From: Terriglobia bacterium
GTDB lineage: Bacteria > Acidobacteriota > Terriglobia > Acidiferrales > UBA7541
NCBI GenBank assembly: GCA_963695545.1
Contig: OY968796.1
Location: 416,001 to 480,000 of the forward strand
DNA: 64,000 nt
Direction of reading: 5' to 3'
Part shown: positions 61,366-64,000 of the stretch, piece by piece
Position numbering within the stretch: the stretch's first letter is position 1
Layout: each line of letters starts with the position of its first letter
The notes under the pieces: generated by a model
What the model was told of the DNA's origin: nothing
What the model saw: only the letters and a program-made list of their open reading frames with translations
Database searches by the model: none
Translations under genes and position numbers: made by a program

Positions 61366-62619
61366 ATGGACATCGCCAGACCAGAAGTCGCCCGCGCCAA
61401 GCGCATTCGCCGCATCGTATACGTCGGCGTAGCCATCGTGCTGCTGGGCGCAGTCACCGTGGGGCTTTCTCGTCTGAAGCCCGCGGCGCCCACCGTGGAT
61501 CGCACCACGATTTGGACCGGCACGGTGATGCGCGGCGATATGCTGCGCGAAGTGCGCGGCCTGGGCACGCTTGTGCCCGTGGACATCCGCTGGATCGCCG
61601 CGCAATCGAATGCCCGCGTGGATCGCATCGTGTTGCGTTCCGGCGCGCCAGTGAAAGCCGATTCGATCATCCTCGAGTTGAGCGATCCGCAGCTACAGGA
61701 CGACGCGCTCACCGCGGAATTCGATTTCAAGGGAGCGCAAGCCGATTACGACAATTTGAAGGTGCAGCTGAATACCGCGCTGATGCAGATCAAGGAAAAT
61801 CAGGCGGTGCTTCAGGGCACCTACGACCAGGACGCCTTGCAAGCCAAGACCGATCGGCAATTGGCGGATCAAGGCCTGAAGGCCGACGTGCTCGCCCAGC
61901 AATCGCAGATGAAAGCCGACGAGGACGCGAATGAACTAAAGATCGACAAAGAACGCCTGGCGATCACCGCCGATTCCAACACGGCGCAACTGCTCTCTCA
62001 AGCCGCGAAAGTGGATTCCGCGCGCGCCGTCTACGAGCTCAAGAAAAGCCAACTCGAGGCTCTGCACGTTCGCGCGGGCCTCAACGGCGTGCTCGAAGAC
62101 GTGCCGGTGGAAGAAGGACAGCAAGTGACCATCGGCATGAATCTGTGCCGCGTGGCCGATCCCACGCATCTGATGGCCACGATACAAGTGGCGGAAACGC
62201 AGGCCAAGGACGTGGCTCCGGGACAAAAGGCGCAGATCGATACGCGCAACGGCATCGTCTCCGGCCACGTGACGCGCGTGGACGCCGCGGTGGTCAACGG
62301 CACGGTCGACGTGGACATCACGCCCGATGGCCCGCTGCCGGCGGGGGCGCGCTCCGACCTGAGCGTCGAAGGCACGATCGAAATCGAAAATCTGCAGAAC
62401 ATTCTGTATGTTACGCTGCCGGTTCACGCCGAGCCCGACAGCACGGCGGGAGTTTTCAAGCTCATCGGCGATGGCGACGAAGCCGAGCGCGCGCAAGTGA
62501 AGTTCGGCCGCGCTTCGGTGAACACGATCGAAGTGCTCCAGGGATTGAACGAGGGCGATCAAATCGTCGTTTCGGATATGTCGGCCTGGGATGGAGTGGA
62601 TCGCGTGCGATTGAAATAG
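61366..62619 (+). CDS. MacA/HlyD-type periplasmic adaptor subunit
   Basis: N-terminal TM, VRGLGTLVP, coiled coil, GLNEGDQIVVSD. Confidence 0.92.
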   Translation: MDIARPEVARAKRIRRIVYVGVAIVLLGAVTVGLSRLKPAAPTVDRTTIWTGTVMRGDMLREVRGLGTLVPVDIRWIAAQSNARVDRIVLRSGAPVKADSIILELSDPQLQDDALTAEFDFKGAQADYDNLKVQLNTALMQIKENQAVLQGTYDQDALQAKTDRQLADQGLKADVLAQQSQMKADEDANELKIDKERLAITADSNTAQLLSQAAKVDSARAVYELKKSQLEALHVRAGLNGVLEDVPVEEGQQVTIGMNLCRVADPTHLMATIQVAETQAKDVAPGQKAQIDTRNGIVSGHVTRVDAAVVNGTVDVDITPDGPLPAGARSDLSVEGTIEIENLQNILYVTLPVHAEPDSTAGVFKLIGDGDEAERAQVKFGRASVNTIEVLQGLNEGDQIVVSDMSAWDGVDRVRLK

Positions 62620-62631
62620 CCAGGAGGAATT

Positions 62632-63357
62632 ATGGAATCGAACAGCGACGTTCTGATTCATCTCGAAGGCGTCACCAAGGTGTTCCTTACCGACGAGGTG
62701 GAAACGCACGCCCTCTCCGGAATTCAGCTTGAAATTCGCCGCGGCGAATTCGTTTCCATCGCCGGACCTTCCGGCTGCGGCAAATCGACGCTGCTTTCGA
62801 TACTTGGCCTGCTCGATTCTCCGAGCGACGGCAGCTACACGCTGAACGACCGCGCGGTGGCGCGCCTTTCGCTTTCCGAGCGCACGCGCATCCGCAACCG
62901 CGAGATCGGCTTCATTTTTCAGGCATTCAATTTGATCGGCGACCTAACAGTTTACGAGAATGTTGAACTTCCGCTGACTTATCGCGGCATGAGCGCGAGC
63001 GAGCGCAAGCAGCGCGTGGAGCAGGCGCTTGAGAAAGTCGCCATGGCGCATCGCATGAAGCATTACCCATCGCAGCTTTCCGGAGGCCAGCAGCAGCGCG
63101 TGGCCGTGGCGCGCGCGCTGGTCGGCGAACCTTCGATCCTGCTGGCCGACGAGCCCACCGGAAACCTCGACTCCAAAAACGGCGAAGCGGTGATGGAACT
63201 GTTGCACGATCTGAATCGCCAGGGCGCGACGTTGTGCATGGTCACGCACGATCCGCGTTACGCGGCGACCGCCAGCCGCAACATTCACTTGTTCGACGGC
63301 CGCATCGTCGAGCCCGACTTCGAGGACACCACGTCGAGCGTCGGCGCCCACCCGTGA
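62632..63357 (+). CDS. ABC transporter ATP-binding protein (MacB/LolD-like)
   Basis: GPSGCGKST, LSGGQQQR, ADEPTGNLD, VTHD. Confidence 0.95.
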   Translation: MESNSDVLIHLEGVTKVFLTDEVETHALSGIQLEIRRGEFVSIAGPSGCGKSTLLSILGLLDSPSDGSYTLNDRAVARLSLSERTRIRNREIGFIFQAFNLIGDLTVYENVELPLTYRGMSASERKQRVEQALEKVAMAHRMKHYPSQLSGGQQQRVAVARALVGEPSILLADEPTGNLDSKNGEAVMELLHDLNRQGATLCMVTHDPRYAATASRNIHLFDGRIVEPDFEDTTSSVGAHP

Positions 63358-64000
63358 TCAAACTCGCCGACGTCGAAAAATACTACGAGTCCGGCGTCGG
63401 CAAGACCTGGGTGCTGCGCCGCATCGGCCTTGAAATCCGCGACGGCGAATTCGTCACCATCATGGGGCCTTCGGGCGCCGGCAAATCCACGCTGATGGGC
63501 ATCATCGGCATGCTCGACGGCGCGTGGAAAGGCGAATATTTCCTCGACGATTACGCCGTGCATCGCCTGGATATGCGCCGCCGCGTCGAGCTGCACAAGC
63601 AATACATCGGCTTCGTCTTCCAGCAGTATCATCTGCTCGACAATCTGACCGTCGCCGAAAATCTCGATTTGCCGCTCTCCTATCGCAACATCAAAAAAGC
63701 GGAACGCGCCGGAATGGTCGCCGACGTTCTCGACCGCTTTCAAATCGTCGCCAAGCAATCCCTGTTCCCCAATCAGCTTTCCGGCGGCCAGCAGCAATTG
63801 GTGGCCGTGGCACGCGCCGTGATCAACTCGCCGAAGCTGATTCTGGCCGACGAGCCGACCGGCAGCCTGCACACCAGCCAAGGCAAAATGATCATGGACT
63901 TGCTGAAGAAATTGAACGACGAAGGAACCACCATCATCCAAGTGACGCACAATGACGCGTGGGCCGCTTACGGCAATCGCACCATTCAACTCGCCGACGG
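63354..64000 (+). CDS. Second MacB/LolD-like ABC ATPase (runs off window)
   Basis: GTG start overlapping upstream stop; manual translation [11 protein letters not shown]...[10 protein letters not shown]...LSGGQQQ...ADEPTG. Confidence 0.92.
   Translation, partial: MIKLADVEKYYESGVGKTWVLRRIGLEIRDGEFVTIMGPSGAGKSTLMGIIGMLDGAWKGEYFLDDYAVHRLDMRRRVELHKQYIGFVFQQYHLLDNLTVAENLDLPLSYRNIKKAERAGMVADVLDRFQIVAKQSLFPNQLSGGQQQLVAVARAVINSPKLILADEPTGSLHTSQGKMIMDLLKKLNDEGTTIIQVTHNDAWAAYGNRTIQLAD

Overview
GC-rich bacterial chromosome segment, most likely Acidobacteriota (Acidobacterial-type PadR plus ADOP permease, gene style). No integrase, transposase, phage gene or CRISPR array is visible. Content in order: TetR-TolC-HlyD efflux unit; SSS symporter plus Tat-type P1 peptidase; ilvD-B-N-C operon; VOC, peroxiredoxin, MBL-rhodanese and atypical Hsp70 genes; pheA plus DAHP synthase; LysR, GNAT, gltB, porin; tRNA-Arg(CCT); bioBFDA; radical SAM; a signalling cluster (Ser/Thr kinase, HEAT-PilZ protein, RmuC, PP2C, double-FHA protein, CHASE2 adenylate cyclase); HIT, RlpA, rhomboid; scoB and scoA separated by an insert; trpC-F-B-A, chorismate mutase, aroF, tyrA; duplicated PadR locus; MacAB-type ABC exporter. 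The most notable signals lie outside the ORF track. (1) Two unannotated leader-peptide attenuators, one Leu/Val-rich before ilvD and one Tyr/Phe/Trp-rich before pheA-DAHPS. (2) Accessory genes repeatedly bracketed by diverged duplicates of neighbouring host sequence, clearest as two tandem alleles of the trpC-[variable gene]-padR locus that split an ADOP permease. (3) A promoter-driven, AT-rich element with four copies of a ~27-bp motif between scoB and scoA. (4) A dispersed ~20-bp motif that occurs in pairs with a 27-bp period. (5) Six clustered frameshifts in trpA/trpB, either artefact or pseudogenisation.
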